Source: Octopus sinensis
Lineage: Eukaryota
NCBI RefSeq assembly: GCF_006345805.1
Contig: NC_043025.1
Span: forward strand, 10,540,001 to 10,604,000
Direction of reading: 5' to 3'
DNA: 64,000 bases
Each line of letters begins with the position of its first letter. The first letter of the stretch is position 1. Both the position numbers and the translations under genes were made by a program. Below are positions 35,043 through 48,300 of the stretch, one piece after another. The notes below the pieces were generated by a model. It ran no database searches, was not told the DNA's origin, and was given only the letters and a program-made list of their open reading frames with translations.

Positions 35043-35955
35043 TTAACCCTTTAGCATTTAATACAGCATCTGGTCCAAATATTCAACCTGTTTTATGTTA
35101 AAACTGACCGGATCCAGCCTCTCACACCTACCTTCCAATGTCATTCTAAAAATAAACAATCACATCATTGAAATCTCAAAGCTATGAGATAATGCAGGAT
35201 TAATTCAAAACAAGGCCAGATCCAACCTCTCACACCAACCCTACAATGTCATTCTAAAAATAAACAATCGCATCATTGAAATCTCAAAGCCATGAGATAA
35301 TGCATGATTAATTCAAAACAAGGCCAGATCCTGCCTCTCACACCTACCCTACAATGTCATTCTAAAAATAAACAATCACATCATTGAAATCTCAAAGCTA
35401 TGAGATAATGCATGATTAATTCAAAACAATGCCAGATCCTGCCTCTCACACCTACCCTTGAATGTCATTCTAAAAATAAACAATCACATCTTTGAAATCT
35501 CAAAGCTATGAGATAATGCATGATTAATTCAAAGCAATGCCAGATCCTGCCTCTCACACCTACTCTACATTGTCATTCTAAAAATAAACAATCACATCTT
35601 TGAAATCTCAAAGCCATGAGATAATGTATGATTAATTCAAAGCAATGCCAGATCCTGCCTCTCACACCTGCCCTACAATGTCATTCTAAAAATAAACAAT
35701 CACAACTTTGAAATCTCAAAGCCATGAGATAATGCAGGATTAATTCAAAACAAGGCCAGATCCAGCCTCTCACACCTACCCTACAATGTCATTCTAAAAA
35801 TAAACAATCGCATCATTGAAATCTCAAAGCTATGAGATAATCCATGACTAATTCAAAAGAAGGCCAGATCCAGCCTCTCACACCTACCCTTGAATGTCAT
35901 TCTAAAAATAAATAATCACATTGAAATCCCAAAGGTATGAGATAATGCATGATTG
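35043..35955. repeat. 108-bp tandem repeat (about 8 units) amplified from the interior of a TTAA-CCCTTTAGCATTT MITE
   Basis: Unit ggccagatcc...ttcaaaacaa with 108-bp spacing; single monomers at 15176-15390 and 28190-28412. Confidence 0.85.
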
Positions 35956-36616
35956 ATGGCGGTGGTGGTGGTGGTGGTAAGGATTGTAGTGGTAGTGGTA
36001 GTGACAATGGTGATGGTGGTGATGATAGTGGTGGTGGTGGTGGTTGTGTTGATGGTTGTTATGGTAGTGATGGTTGGGTGTGGTGATGATTGTTGTCCAG
36101 CAAGAAATGCCAGAGCGATCACATGACCTACTTAACTTCCACCACCACCTCCACCCACATCTCACTTTATTCACTACTCTTCCCCTCCCTCTTAACACTC
36201 TCATGCTCTCACTCTCTCTCAACACCTTTCTTTACTTCGCCCACCTCCTCCTACCTCCTTACACTTCCTACGCCCTCATCTCGACTTCTATTACTTTCTT
36301 CACCTGTTTCACCATCTTTCACAACTTCTCCTCATCCTAAACCCTTCACACACCACCCTTGACTCTCCTCTCTTTCACTACTCCACCTCCTCCTCCTCCA
36401 CCATAACACACTACCTATGTTTCTCCTTTCTTTCACTACTTCGCCTTCTCTAAAACTCACACTTCTCCTTTACACCTCCTCCTCCTCCTCCTTCTTCCAT
36501 TTACTTTACCTCTTCCTCTCCGCCTTCTTTACAATTTCTACATTTGCTTCTCCTCCTCCTCCCCCTCCTCCTTCTTCTCATTTGTCCTCTTTCTTACTCC
36601 ACCCTTCTCTTTCTTC

Positions 36617-37860
36617 TATTAGGTTGGTGCATAATTATTGCGGCTTTTTTTTTTCAACAAATTTTATTCAACAAAAGCAATAACAACATTTAACAAAAAA
36701 CAACTTTAAATGATTATTCCGGAGCATATTCACCATCTACTTCAGTTTGTGCTCGGCGTTTTGTTTAAATTGGATCTTTTCGGTTTGAACGGCAGTTTTT
36801 TAAAATAATTTCCACGCAGGAGTGGCTGTGTGGTAAGCTTGTTTACCAACCACATGGTTCCGGGTTCAGTCCCACTGCGCGGCAGCTTGGGCTTCTACTA
36901 TAGCCTCGGGCCGACCATTACCTTCTGAGTGGATTTGGTAGAAGGAAACTGAAAGAAGCCCGTCGTATGTGTATTACGCACACCACCCAAGGGCCCGAGA
37001 ACAGGGGGGGAGTGCCTGCACCCCTTGGAATTTTCAGGTGGTGCATTGATTTGAAAACCCCACTGGATTGGGAGAAAGCGCTAATAATCCGAATGATATG
37101 ATCTGAATGATATGATAGATACATATGTAAAAAATGTAATATATAAATAAATATTTATAAATATGAACCATCCGATCTGATTACCTCATTTTTTCTAACA
37201 TATATATATACATATATTGTCAACATCGCTTGACAACCGATGCTGGTGTGTTTACGTCCCCATAACTTAGCGGTTCGGCAAAAGAGGCCGATAGAATAGG
37301 TACTAGACTTACAAAGAATAATCCTGGGGTCAATGTCCTTGATTAAAGGCGGTGCTCCAGCATGGCCGCAGTCAAATGACTGAAACTAGTAAAAGAGTAA
37401 CTAAACACTTTTAAAATTCCTATCTTTTTCTCTTGGCTTTATTGAGAAAATTCTATAGGTTGTAAGATATTTGTGGGGTTATTTTCTTCAATTTCTGCAA
37501 TTTCAACCAATCAATGGCATCTTTTGAGGTGAAAAACATTCTGTGCCGTATGAATGTGTCCCTCGTTTAAGAAACAGATTGGGTTTATTTACATTTCTGA
37601 AGAAAAAAAAGATACCCTTTCCCCTCACCCCTAACCCTAACCCTAAAACAGATTGAAATGCAATAGATCGATATTAGGCTCATAATTATGGGTGACAATT
37701 TCATATGACACCGCAAGAAAAAACTGCCGTTCAAACCGAAAAGATCCAACAACTTTAAACGATTATTCCGGAGCATATTCACCATCTACTTCAGTTTCTG
37801 CTCGGCGTTTGTTGAATAAAATTTATTGAAAAAAAAAAAGCCGCAATAATTTATGTACCA
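36617..37860. mobile_element. Mariner-type MITE (TATTAGGTTGGTGCATAATTATTGCGGC end) with nested MITE and SINE pieces
   Basis: Left end resembles Hsmar1/MADE1 TIR; degenerate right end gccgcaataatttatgtacca near 37840-37860. Confidence 0.65.
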
Positions 37861-39300
37861 CGCCTCCTCCTCCTCCTCCTCTAGTTGTTTCCTTAGTCTC
37901 TCCTTCTCTCTATCGTCTGTTTTCTCATTTCCCTCCTCCTACTCTCCTTCACTGCTTTTTAACCTCCTTCTATCCCTCCACTATAACGATCTACTCCTAC
38001 CATCACTACTAACACTCCCTCGTTCTTACTTCCCATCTCCACTAAAGTTTTGTCGATTGTAAACTTTTGGTCATGTGACTTCCTCCCCTTCTCCCTTCTC
38101 TCCCATTCTTCTTTCACCCTTTTTTCAACCATTTCACTTTCTCTTAGTTTGTTACTGTTTCTATCTTTCTTACTTTCTGTCTTTCTCTCTATATCTGTTA
38201 CTTTCTTTCCTTCACTCTCTCTTTTACTCTCTATTTTCCTTTGTTATTCTCTCTGAATTCCTCTCTCTCTCTTTTTCTATTTCTCTCCTTCCCCATCCTA
38301 CTCTGTCTCTTTCTTACTCTGTTATTGTCCCCCTCTCTTATTTTCTCTTACTCTATTTTTCTTTTCCCCTCTCTTCCTCTCTCCTACTCTTTCTTTCTTA
38401 ATCTGTTACTCTCCCCCTCTCTTATTTTCTGTTACTCTATTTTTCTTTACCCTTTCTTCCTTACTTCGTTACTCTGTCTTCCCCTCTCTTACTCTATCTT
38501 CCTTACTCTATTTCTCCCCACTCTTACTCTCTGTTTCCCTTACTATGTTGCTCTCACCCTCTCTTAGTCCCTGCCTTACCGACTCTCCCTCTCTCTCTCC
38601 CATTCTTACTCTCTCATCTTTACTCTGTCACTCTCTCTCTTTCACTCTTTCACCCTCTTTCCGTCTCTCTATTATTCTCATTGTAACTCTCTCAATCTCA
38701 TACCATCTCCTTCTTCCTCTGTCTTCCTCTGTCTTACTCTATCGTCCTTACTCTATTTCTCCCCATTCTTACTCTCTCTTTCCCTTACTATGTTGCTCTC
38801 ACCCTCTCTTAATCCCTGTCTTACTAATTCTTCCTCTCTTTCCCATTCTTACTCTGTCACTCTCTCTTTCGCTCTCTAGCTCTCTCCCTCTCTCTCTATT
38901 ATTCTCATTGTAACTCTCTCAATCTCATACCATCTCTCTCTTCCTCTGTCATACTCTATCGTCCTTACTCTATTTCTCCCCACTTTTCCTCTCTCTTTCC
39001 CTTACTATGTTGCTCTCACTCCCTCTCCCTATTATTCTCATTGTAACTCTCTCAATCTCATACCATCTCCCTCTTCCTCTGTCTTACTCTCTCTTACTCT
39101 ATCGTCCTTACACTATTTCTCCCCAATCTTACTCTCTCTTTCCCTTACTATTTTGCTCTCACCCTCTCTTAATCCCTGTCTTACTAATTCTTACCCTGTC
39201 ACCCTCTCTTTCGCTCTCTAGCTCTTACTCCCTCTCTCTATTATTCTCATTGTAACTCTTTCAATCTCATACCATTTCCCTCTTTCCTCTTTCTTCCTTC
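37860..39300. repeat. CT-rich low-complexity region with internal block duplications
   Basis: ttattctcattgtaactct recurs four times and ttactatgttgctctcac three times. Confidence 0.8.
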
Positions 39301-41170
39301 TCTGCATGGGAGAAAACTTTTTCGAAGCCAGTAGTTGTTGATATTTATACTTCGGTGAGTATCCTTACATTGTCTTTTGATGTCCCTTCTCGTCTATGCT
39401 CCTGTGGCCAATAAAAGAAATTCATCATTAATATTGCCGAGGTAGATAAATAACTTGAACACTATTCTTGTCTGATATTATAGTAATTATTGAGGACGAT
39501 GGCCTTCACTTTATTATTGCCGAGGTGGACAAAGCCTTAATGTCGTGTCGTGTTTATATTATTCACTGCCAGCGATTTTCTTTTTCACATTGAATTCCGA
39601 AATAATCGTTAACTACATCATCCGAATAACAATCGTAAACAAATTTCATCAAAAGACAAACTTTTTTTCTGAAAGTTATGAGGAGACGAAGTCGAAGGGA
39701 GGAGGGGGTCACGTTTGCGTTGATATGTCTGTTGTTTGGTGTCGATGACATAACATTTTAAAACAGGGGTCAGCGAATGTCCCTTTTGTGGGATGGTTCG
39801 GTATTTATCGACCTCACCATCACCGTGTAAATTTCTAATGTTTTATTTTATTTAATATCTTATATTTTTCTTTACACGTTTCAGTCAATTGGCTGGAGAA
39901 ATGCTTGGGCTCTGCCTTGAAGGGTTTCCTCGAACAATTCGACCCCAGTACTTTTAAATTCTGGTACTTATTCTATCCATATATATTTAGGTATATTTTG
40001 GCGGCGAGCTGGCCGAATCGTTAGCACGCCGGGCGAAATGCGTAGCCGCATTTCGTCTGTCGTTACGTTGTGAGTTCAAGTTCTGCCGAGGTCGACTTTG
40101 CATTTCATCCTTTCGGGGTCGATAAAGTACCAGTTACGCACTGGGGTCGATGTAATCGACTTAATACCTATGTCTGTCCTTGTTTGTCCCATCTGTGTTT
40201 AGGCCATTGTGGGTAGTAAAGAAATAGGTATTTCGTCTGCTGCTACGTTCTCAGTTCAAATTCCGCCGAGGTCGACTTTGCCTTTCATCCTTTCGAGGTC
40301 GATAAATTAAGTACCAGTTACGCACTGGGGTCGATGTAATCGACTTGATACCTATGTCTGTCCTTGTTTCTCCCCTCTGTGTTTAGCCCCTTGTGGGTAA
40401 TAAAGAAATAGGTACTTATTCTATCCAGGGACGGACCCGAGGGTGGGGGGCCTGAAGGGTACGTGCTCCCCTCAAGAAATGTGCGGCCTTCTCTCCTGGA
40501 ATTGTATTCCCTTCTGACCTGTGTCCTCCCTTTGAAAAATTCATGGGACTGCGACTGCTATCAATCCCTTTTGCCGCATCACTAAATTACAGGGACAGAC
40601 ACAAACTTGACTATATGGCGGGATTCTGCTTTAACCCCTCGTAACTTTTTTCATTTTGGGGAATTTTCAGAAACTTTTTGTGGATTTGTGTTATATACAC
40701 GGGAATTAATGCGATTATGCAAAAACAAAAACAAATTTAAGTGCGCGATTTAAGCGCTATTTAGCTGTTATTTCAAGCACATTTCATAACCACCTCATGC
40801 CCTCCTCGTTTATTTGTCACTCTGACATATTGATGTTTTCCAATATCTTTCTCCCTACAAAAACATTTAATGATTTGTTGGTGGGATTTAAACCAAAAAT
40901 TCGGACTGTCCGAATTTTAAATAGTAAAATTCAAAAATTAGCTAAATCAGCCGAAATTGCGAAGACGATCCGGTTCTTGACTGATGATTGAGGGCTTCGA
41001 ATGTCCCGTCCATGTTTTTTGTGTCGTCTTCTAAATGTTTCACGTTCTTGTCCCGTTTGTATATTTTTACTTTTACATATTATATATATATATATATTAT
41101 ATAATATATATATATTATATATATATATATATATAATATACAGACAGACAGACAGACGGACAGACAGACA

Positions 41171-41209
<39 letters not shown>

Positions 41210-41483
41210 GAGTGAAAAGGTTGAGTTCTATATTATCCTTTACTTTTGAGGGTTCGAAAGGACAATCTCTAATAAAGATTCTTCACATTCCGTTGGTAGC
41301 TTACTGGCGTAAGAATTTTGCGAATATGGAAATGTTACAAAGTCTAAGGTGTGTTGTGAGAATTTATGGAACAAATGTCACAGAAACTCAACAATCAACT
41401 TTTAACAGTTTGTTGAGTTTCTATGGCATATTTGTTCCATAAATTCTCATAACACACCTTATACATATAATAATGCATACATA

Positions 41484-41845
41484 TCTCTCTCTATATAAAC
41501 GGCAGTTTGTCTGTGTGTGTTTCTGTTGTGCTTGTTAGGTTGTACCCTCACCTGACCACGGCTTTCAACCGATTGATTAAAACTGGACAACACATAGCCA
41601 ATGTCATAATTCAAATCTAACGCAGCGAAAATTTGAAAAGTTCCCCCAGTTCTGAAAAAATCGTAAATTCGACATGGGGTCGAGAATCAGAACTCAAACC
41701 ACAGACCGTCTAGGGACGCAACTCCACCTTTTTAAACTCTTAAAAAAATTTCCATCATTTTTTTTCCATTTTTTGCTATAACTCTCTAAAATGCTTTATA
41801 GTTATTTCCCTTACAACACTGAGCAACGCCGGGCGATACTGCTAG
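41484..41845 (+). mobile_element. Non-autonomous Helitron (same 3' end, different 5' body)
   Basis: A|TC...gagcaacgccgggcgatactgCTAG|T; last ~60 nt match 2085-2144. Confidence 0.72.
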
Positions 41846-42052
41846 TATATAAAATAATAATACATAGCGCAGGAGTGGCTGTATGGTTCGGTCCCACTGC
41901 GTGGCACCTTAGGGAAGTGTCTTCTACTATAGCCTTGTCTGAAAGAAGCCCGTCGTATATATACATACATACATACATACATATATGATTGATTGATTGA
42001 TTGATTGATTCTAGTTTCAGCTTATGAGCTGTGGCCATGCTGGGGCACCGCC

Positions 42053-42110
<58 letters not shown>

Positions 42111-42299
42111 ATGTTTGTCCCCCGCCCATTGCTTGACAACCGATGCTGGTGTGTTTACGTCCCCGTAACTTAGCGGTTCAGCAAAAGAGCCCGATAGAAT
42201 AAGTACTTAGCTTACAAAGAATAAGTCTTGGGGTCGATTTGTTCGACTAAAGGCGGTGCTCCAGCATGGCCGCAGTCAAATGACTGAAACAAATAAAAG

Positions 42300-42339
<40 letters not shown>

Positions 42340-44266
42340 TATATATATATGTACACATATATCACAATACACGACAGACTTCTTCAGTTTTCACCAATCA
42401 AATCTATTCACAAGGCTTTGGTCTGCCACTAGCTATAGAAAAGGACACTAGCCCAAGGTGCCACACAATGGGACTGAACCCGGGACCGCGTGGTTGCGAA
42501 GCAAATTTTTTATCGCACAGCTACACCATTAAAACATCTTTTCAGGTTTTACCGACTCCCTAAGATGGTCACATAGACCACCACCACCGCCAGGGGAGGG
42601 GGGCAATATTCATCTTTTTGCTGACCCCTGCTCTACAACTTAACCACCCCTAATAATTATTATAATCGTATGCATTCCCGTGTGTAGAATTTCTTGAGGA
42701 AACGAATGCAGTTTTTGCCATCAGTGTACAGAGCTACATTCCTGAAAAATTCTGCCGTAGGAAGGAATTTAAAAGGTCGTAGATCGTTACAAGTGTTTTA
42801 CACATAATCCCCTTCTTCCAGAGATCAATACCGATCGCTTTGCTGACACCTGCCCTTAAGCAGTGTTATTGTTTGTTGTAGATGATGTCACTATTGTTGT
42901 TATTCCGCTGAGGTCGACTGTGCCTTTCATCCTTTTGGGGGTCGATAAAATACGGACCGGTTGAGCACTGGAGCCTATGTAATCGACTACTCCCATGGCA
43001 AATATGTGTCGTGTGCAGGCGCAATGGCCCAGTGGTTAGGGCAGCGGACTCGCGGTCGTAGGATCGCGGTTTCGATTCCCAGACCGGGCATTGTGAGTGT
43101 TTATTGAGCGAAAACACCTAAAGCTTCACAAGGCTCCTGCAGGGGACGGTGGTGAACCCTGCTGTACTCTTTCACCACAACTTTCTCTCACTCTTTCTTC
43201 CTGTTTCTGTTGTACCTGTATTTCAAAGGGCCAGCCTTGTCACACTCTGTGTCACGCTGAATCTCCCCGAGAACTACGTTAAGGGTACACGTGTCTGTGG
43301 AGTGCTCAGCCACTTGCACGTTAATTCCACGAGCGGGCTGTTCCGTTGATCGTATCAGCTGGGACCCTCATCGTCGTAACCGACGGAGTGCTCCTATGTG
43401 TAGTAGCTGTATTCCAAAAGGCCAGCCTTGTCGCATTCAGGGGTCGCGAGTCTGTGGAATGCTCAGCATATTCATTTCACGCGCAGGCTGTTGCGTCGAT
43501 CGAATCAGCTGCAACTCTTGTTGTAGGCGAGAGAGTGCCAGTTCTGAGACAACAGGTGTTTCAAACGGCGCTGTCTCACGTGGACGGCCATCATGCTAGA
43601 TATAACAGCCAAATCGTCAACTCTCCTTCAAACTTCACAAATGCTGCCAATTTAATTCAAGAAAGCCACATAAAAATGATCTTTCGGTACAAACACGTAA
43701 ATGACCGACAATATATATATATGTATGTATACGTACATATACATATTCTTTCTTTTATTCTTTTACTTGTTTCAGTCATTTGACTGCGGCCATACTGGAG
43801 CGCCACTTTTAGTCGAACAAATCGGCCCTAGGACTTATTCTTTGTAAGCCTAGTACTTATTCTATCGGTCTCTTTTGCCGAACCGCTAAGTTACGGGGAC
43901 GTAAACACACCTACATCGGATGTCAAGCGATGTTGGGGGGAACAAACACAGACACACAAACTTACACACACACACACATATATATGTATATATACATATA
44001 TATGATGGGCTTCTTTCAGTTTCCGTCTACCAAATCCACTCACAAGGCTTTGGTCGGCTCAAGGCTATAGCAGAAGAAACTTGCCCAAGGTGCCACGCAG
44101 TGGGACTGAACCCGGAACCATGTGGTTGGTAAGCAAGCTACTTACCACACAGCCACTCCGTTGAATATCTATTGTAATGTTCAATACTTCTTGTAATAGG
44201 TAATAAACCAGTATATTCATTGAATTTTGTTTTTCCTTAATGAGGTTTGTAACCTTTATTTGAGCT

Positions 44267-44302
<36 letters not shown>

Positions 44303-44405
44303 ATAATATATATATATATATATTATATTATATTATATATAAAAAGATTAACAGAATGAGATAAAAATCCAAGGCTGTGAAAGATTTCATAACATTTATA
44401 AATAG

Positions 44406-44453
44406 GTCTTACAGCTGTTTCCGGGATATTTTGTATATCCCTTCATCAGAGAC
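44406..44453 (-). ncRNA. Minimal type I hammerhead-like motif
   Basis: GTCT-CTGATGA-A-GGGATAT-ACAAA-ATATCCC-G-GAAACAGCTGTA-AGAC: 4-bp stem I, 7-bp stem II, palindromic stem III ACAGCTGT. Confidence 0.6.
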
Positions 44454-44544
44454 GGTGTGAGAAAATGGTTAAGCAGCACAATGACTTCTCATAACCCCAA
44501 TATTATATTATATTATATATATATATATGTTGTTTTTTGTATTT

Positions 44545-44975
44545 ATATTCATGTGTAACATCGTCTGTTTTTCTCTCCTTGTGTCGTATACATTCGATCC
44601 TTTTTCCAAGACATCTAATGCTCGTAGCTTAGTTTTTCCTTGGGGCTGGCCAGATCGGAGCAATCTCAAGATTAATCAGCCGAAATTGCGAGGATGATCC
44701 GGTTCTTGACTGAAGATTAAAGGCTTCGAATGACCCATCCGTATTTTTTTGTATCGTCCTATTTAAATGTTTTGAGTTGTACCGTTGGCGATTTTTTTTC
44801 CTCTGTCTTCCCTTCTCTGGATCTTTCCTTCTCCTATGTTTCCGACGAAGAGCTCCGCTCGAAACGTTGAACCATCCTTCTTTCCTTCTTTCCTGAGCGT
44901 CCAGTAATACTATATTTGTTCCACGTCCTCGCGTTGTTGTGTTTTTTTGTGCTTTCTTGTTTGGATTAACTTTAT
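44545..44975 (+). mobile_element. Penelope-like terminal-repeat fragment with hammerhead-like motif (44838-44872); second partial copy 45410-45601
   Basis: GTTT-CCGACGA-A-GAGC-TCC-GCTC-GAAACGTT-(G/A)AAC in both copies; both end in (TA)n. Related pieces at 40945-41070 and 48310-48510(-). Confidence 0.6.
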
Positions 44976-45072
44976 ATATATATATAAATTAGTAATGCAA
45001 TACTAGAGTATTGCTTTCCAGTAAAGAATAGCCCGTGAGGGAAAAATATATATATGTGCCATATATTTACTT

Positions 45073-45110
<38 letters not shown>

Positions 45111-45156
45111 CTTTTGTCTTATTTCTCTCTCTCCTCCGCTCTCTCTCTCTCTCTCA

Positions 45157-45216
<60 letters not shown>

Positions 45217-45336
45217 TATGTATGTATATATTATATATATATATATAATATATATATATTATATATATATTGTATGTATATATATATATATGTATGTATA
45301 TATAATATAATATATATATATATATATTATAATATA

Positions 45337-45369
<33 letters not shown>

Positions 45370-45624
45370 ATAGATATATATATATGTGTGTGGTGTGTGT
45401 GTGTGACCTCGTGTGTACCGTGGCGTTTTTTTTCCCTCTGTCTTCCCTTCTGGATCTTTCTTTTCCTATGTTTCCGACGAAGAGCTCCGCTCGAAACGTT
45501 AAACCCTCCTTCTTTCCTTCTTTCCTGACGTCCAATAATACTATATTTGTTCCCACGTCTCGCGTTGTTGTGTTTTTTTGTGCTTTCTTGTTTGGTTTAA
45601 CTATATATATATATTATATATATA

Positions 45625-45657
<33 letters not shown>

Positions 45658-45737
45658 AATTATGCACACACATACACAAACATGTACGCTTACGCATACG
45701 ACGGATGGAAAACAATAACGATTAATACGCTTAGACA

Positions 45738-45782
<45 letters not shown>

Positions 45783-46444
45783 CGACAGAGGAGCAGTAGG
45801 AAGACGAGAGGGAGTACCAGAGTGGCATTTGTTAGTTGTGTGATGCAATGTCCCCCTCCGATACAAAACCCACCACCGCAACCACTGCCACTACCACCTT
45901 GCATTAATAACACAGAGAACATAGTACCACTTCTCGCCTTTCTAATTGAACTTCATCATTAATTGTTGGACCGAATTTAAATAAAATATACATATATACG
46001 TGTCCAGCTTCTAACGGTATACTCTGATTCTTGTCTCCTGTCCGTCTTAAACTTTGTTGGACATAGTAAGTAGATTTTTATTTTTGCTGCATCGAAAGAT
46101 TTTATTTACTTTTTTCTAATTTGCGTTTTAATTTGATGCTTAAATTTAATTAATGATTGGCCTTCCCGTATGTGTTTTGTTGTCTACATTTTTCCTTGTG
46201 TTTTTAATTACTTTTTATACTATTTGTTTTTAGTAGATCTGTTTGCGTGTTGATTGAATTAATTGAAACGATATATCGTTAAGCGAAAAACTTTTAGCAA
46301 CTTTCGTGTTAAAACTTTTGTAAGTTCTATACGTACAGACATGCGCATACATACATACATATATATATAATCTATATAGATAGATTTTACGTACTAGCAT
46401 ATAAGCATGTGTGTGTATATATTGTCTATCTCATCTAATCTAAT

Positions 46445-46462
46445 ATATCTGATCTGATCTAT

Positions 46463-46502
<40 letters not shown>

Positions 46503-46577
46503 ATTATCTATTAATCTTGTCTGTCTGTCTATCTATCTATCTATCTATCTATCTATATTATCTATTAATCTTGTCTG

Positions 46578-46622
<45 letters not shown>

Positions 46623-46647
46623 ATTATCTATTAATCTTGTCTGTCTG

Positions 46648-46700
<53 letters not shown>

Positions 46701-47103
46701 TAATCTTGTCTGTCTGTCTATCTATCTATCTATCTATCTGTCTGTCTATCTGTCTATCTATCTATCTATCTGTCTGTCTATCTATCTATCTATCTATCTA
46801 TCTGTCTGTCTATCTGTCTATCTATCTATCTATCTGTCTATCTATCTATCTATTAATCTTGTCTGTCTGTCTATCTATCTATCTATCTGTCTGTCTATCT
46901 GTCTATCTATCTATCTATCTATCTATCTGTCTGTCTATCTATCTATCTATCTATCTATCTGTCTGTCTATCTATCTATCTTCTATCTATCTATCTATCTA
47001 TCTATTTAATCTATCTGATCTATCTATCTATCTAATCTATCTATTTATCTATCTATCTATCTATTTAATCTATCTGATCTATCTATCTATCTAATCTATC
47101 TAT

Positions 47104-47141
<38 letters not shown>

Positions 47142-47260
47142 CTCCATCTATCTATCTATACACCTCTCTCTCTCTCTCCATCTATCTATCTATACACCTC
47201 TCTCTCTCTCTACATCTATCTGTCTGTCTATTTGTCTATCTGATCTAACTATCTATCATC
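46445..47260. repeat. (TCTA/TCTG)n tetranucleotide array
   Basis: About 800 bp of GATA/GACA repeats. Confidence 0.95.
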
Positions 47261-48258
47261 TTTCATACAAGCAGAGATGTGTTATTTCCTTATGTATATA
47301 TGTACATATCATCTCTCTCTGTATTATGTATGATGCAAAATTTATAAATAACACATATTAAGTGTATAAGTGTATTGAAGCTTAGGAAATATAAATATAG
47401 TAAATTGATTTGCGTAGAAAGGTCAACAAGAACAGTACTCCATCTAATAGGAGTTCAATATTAATTTATGCGTTTCACTCCACATGTATATATAGGCCTG
47501 AAATTTTTTTTGGGGGGGGGTTCTTAATTTATTGATCCCAAAAGGATGAAAGGCAAAGTTGACCTTGGCGGAATTTGAACTCAGAACGTAAAGACAGACA
47601 AAATACCGCTGAGCATTTCTGCCAGCTCAATATATATATAATCTGTTCTTCTTTTACATCTCCTGAATTTTCCTCTTCTTTTCTTCAACTAACTTGAATT
47701 CTTGACCTGCCCTTACCCCCATCCTTATAACTAAGGAAATGTTCTTACAACAGTCAGTTGTGAACAAAGTTTTGTTCAGTTGGCATCCAAACTACACAAC
47801 CTCATGTTCCTAAGATTCATATCTACATCTTTATCTGTATATTTACCTTCCCTAAGATGTTATTAATTGATTTGAAAACTTTTATATTATTGGAAAACCT
47901 ATATAAAATTAGCTGAAGATTACTCTGCATTTTAAATCTGCTGTAATATTTACAGCTTTTAATAAAAAACAATTGTACTAAATTACCGGATCCATTCTTG
48001 TTGCTTATTTTTGATATATATATATACGTTATATATATTATATAGATATATATATATATATATAATATATATACTACTAATATAGGATAAAATTTTTTCA
48101 GCAAAAAATTTCATCAAAAGTGGTGGCTCGACTGGAGTCTGGGAAGTTTCGGATGCCAAGGTGGAAATCCATAACAACATCTTCGGAAGAGATGGTGTTG
48201 TGGATATCCACCTCGGCATCCAAAACTCAGAGTTTTATCTTGGCTATTGAATAATTGT

Positions 48259-48300
<42 letters not shown>

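Noticed and set aside
43016-43090. tRNA-like heads of SINE B, C and E as tRNA genes
   Set aside because: A/B boxes present but no closed cloverleaf, and each continues into a SINE body.
44670-44745. CTGA(A/T)GA...GAAT motif (also near 40945-41000 and 48410-48490 minus) as another hammerhead
   Set aside because: No consistent stem I or III, GAAT instead of GAAA; a type II fold needs a 5-nt insertion and unpaired stem I.
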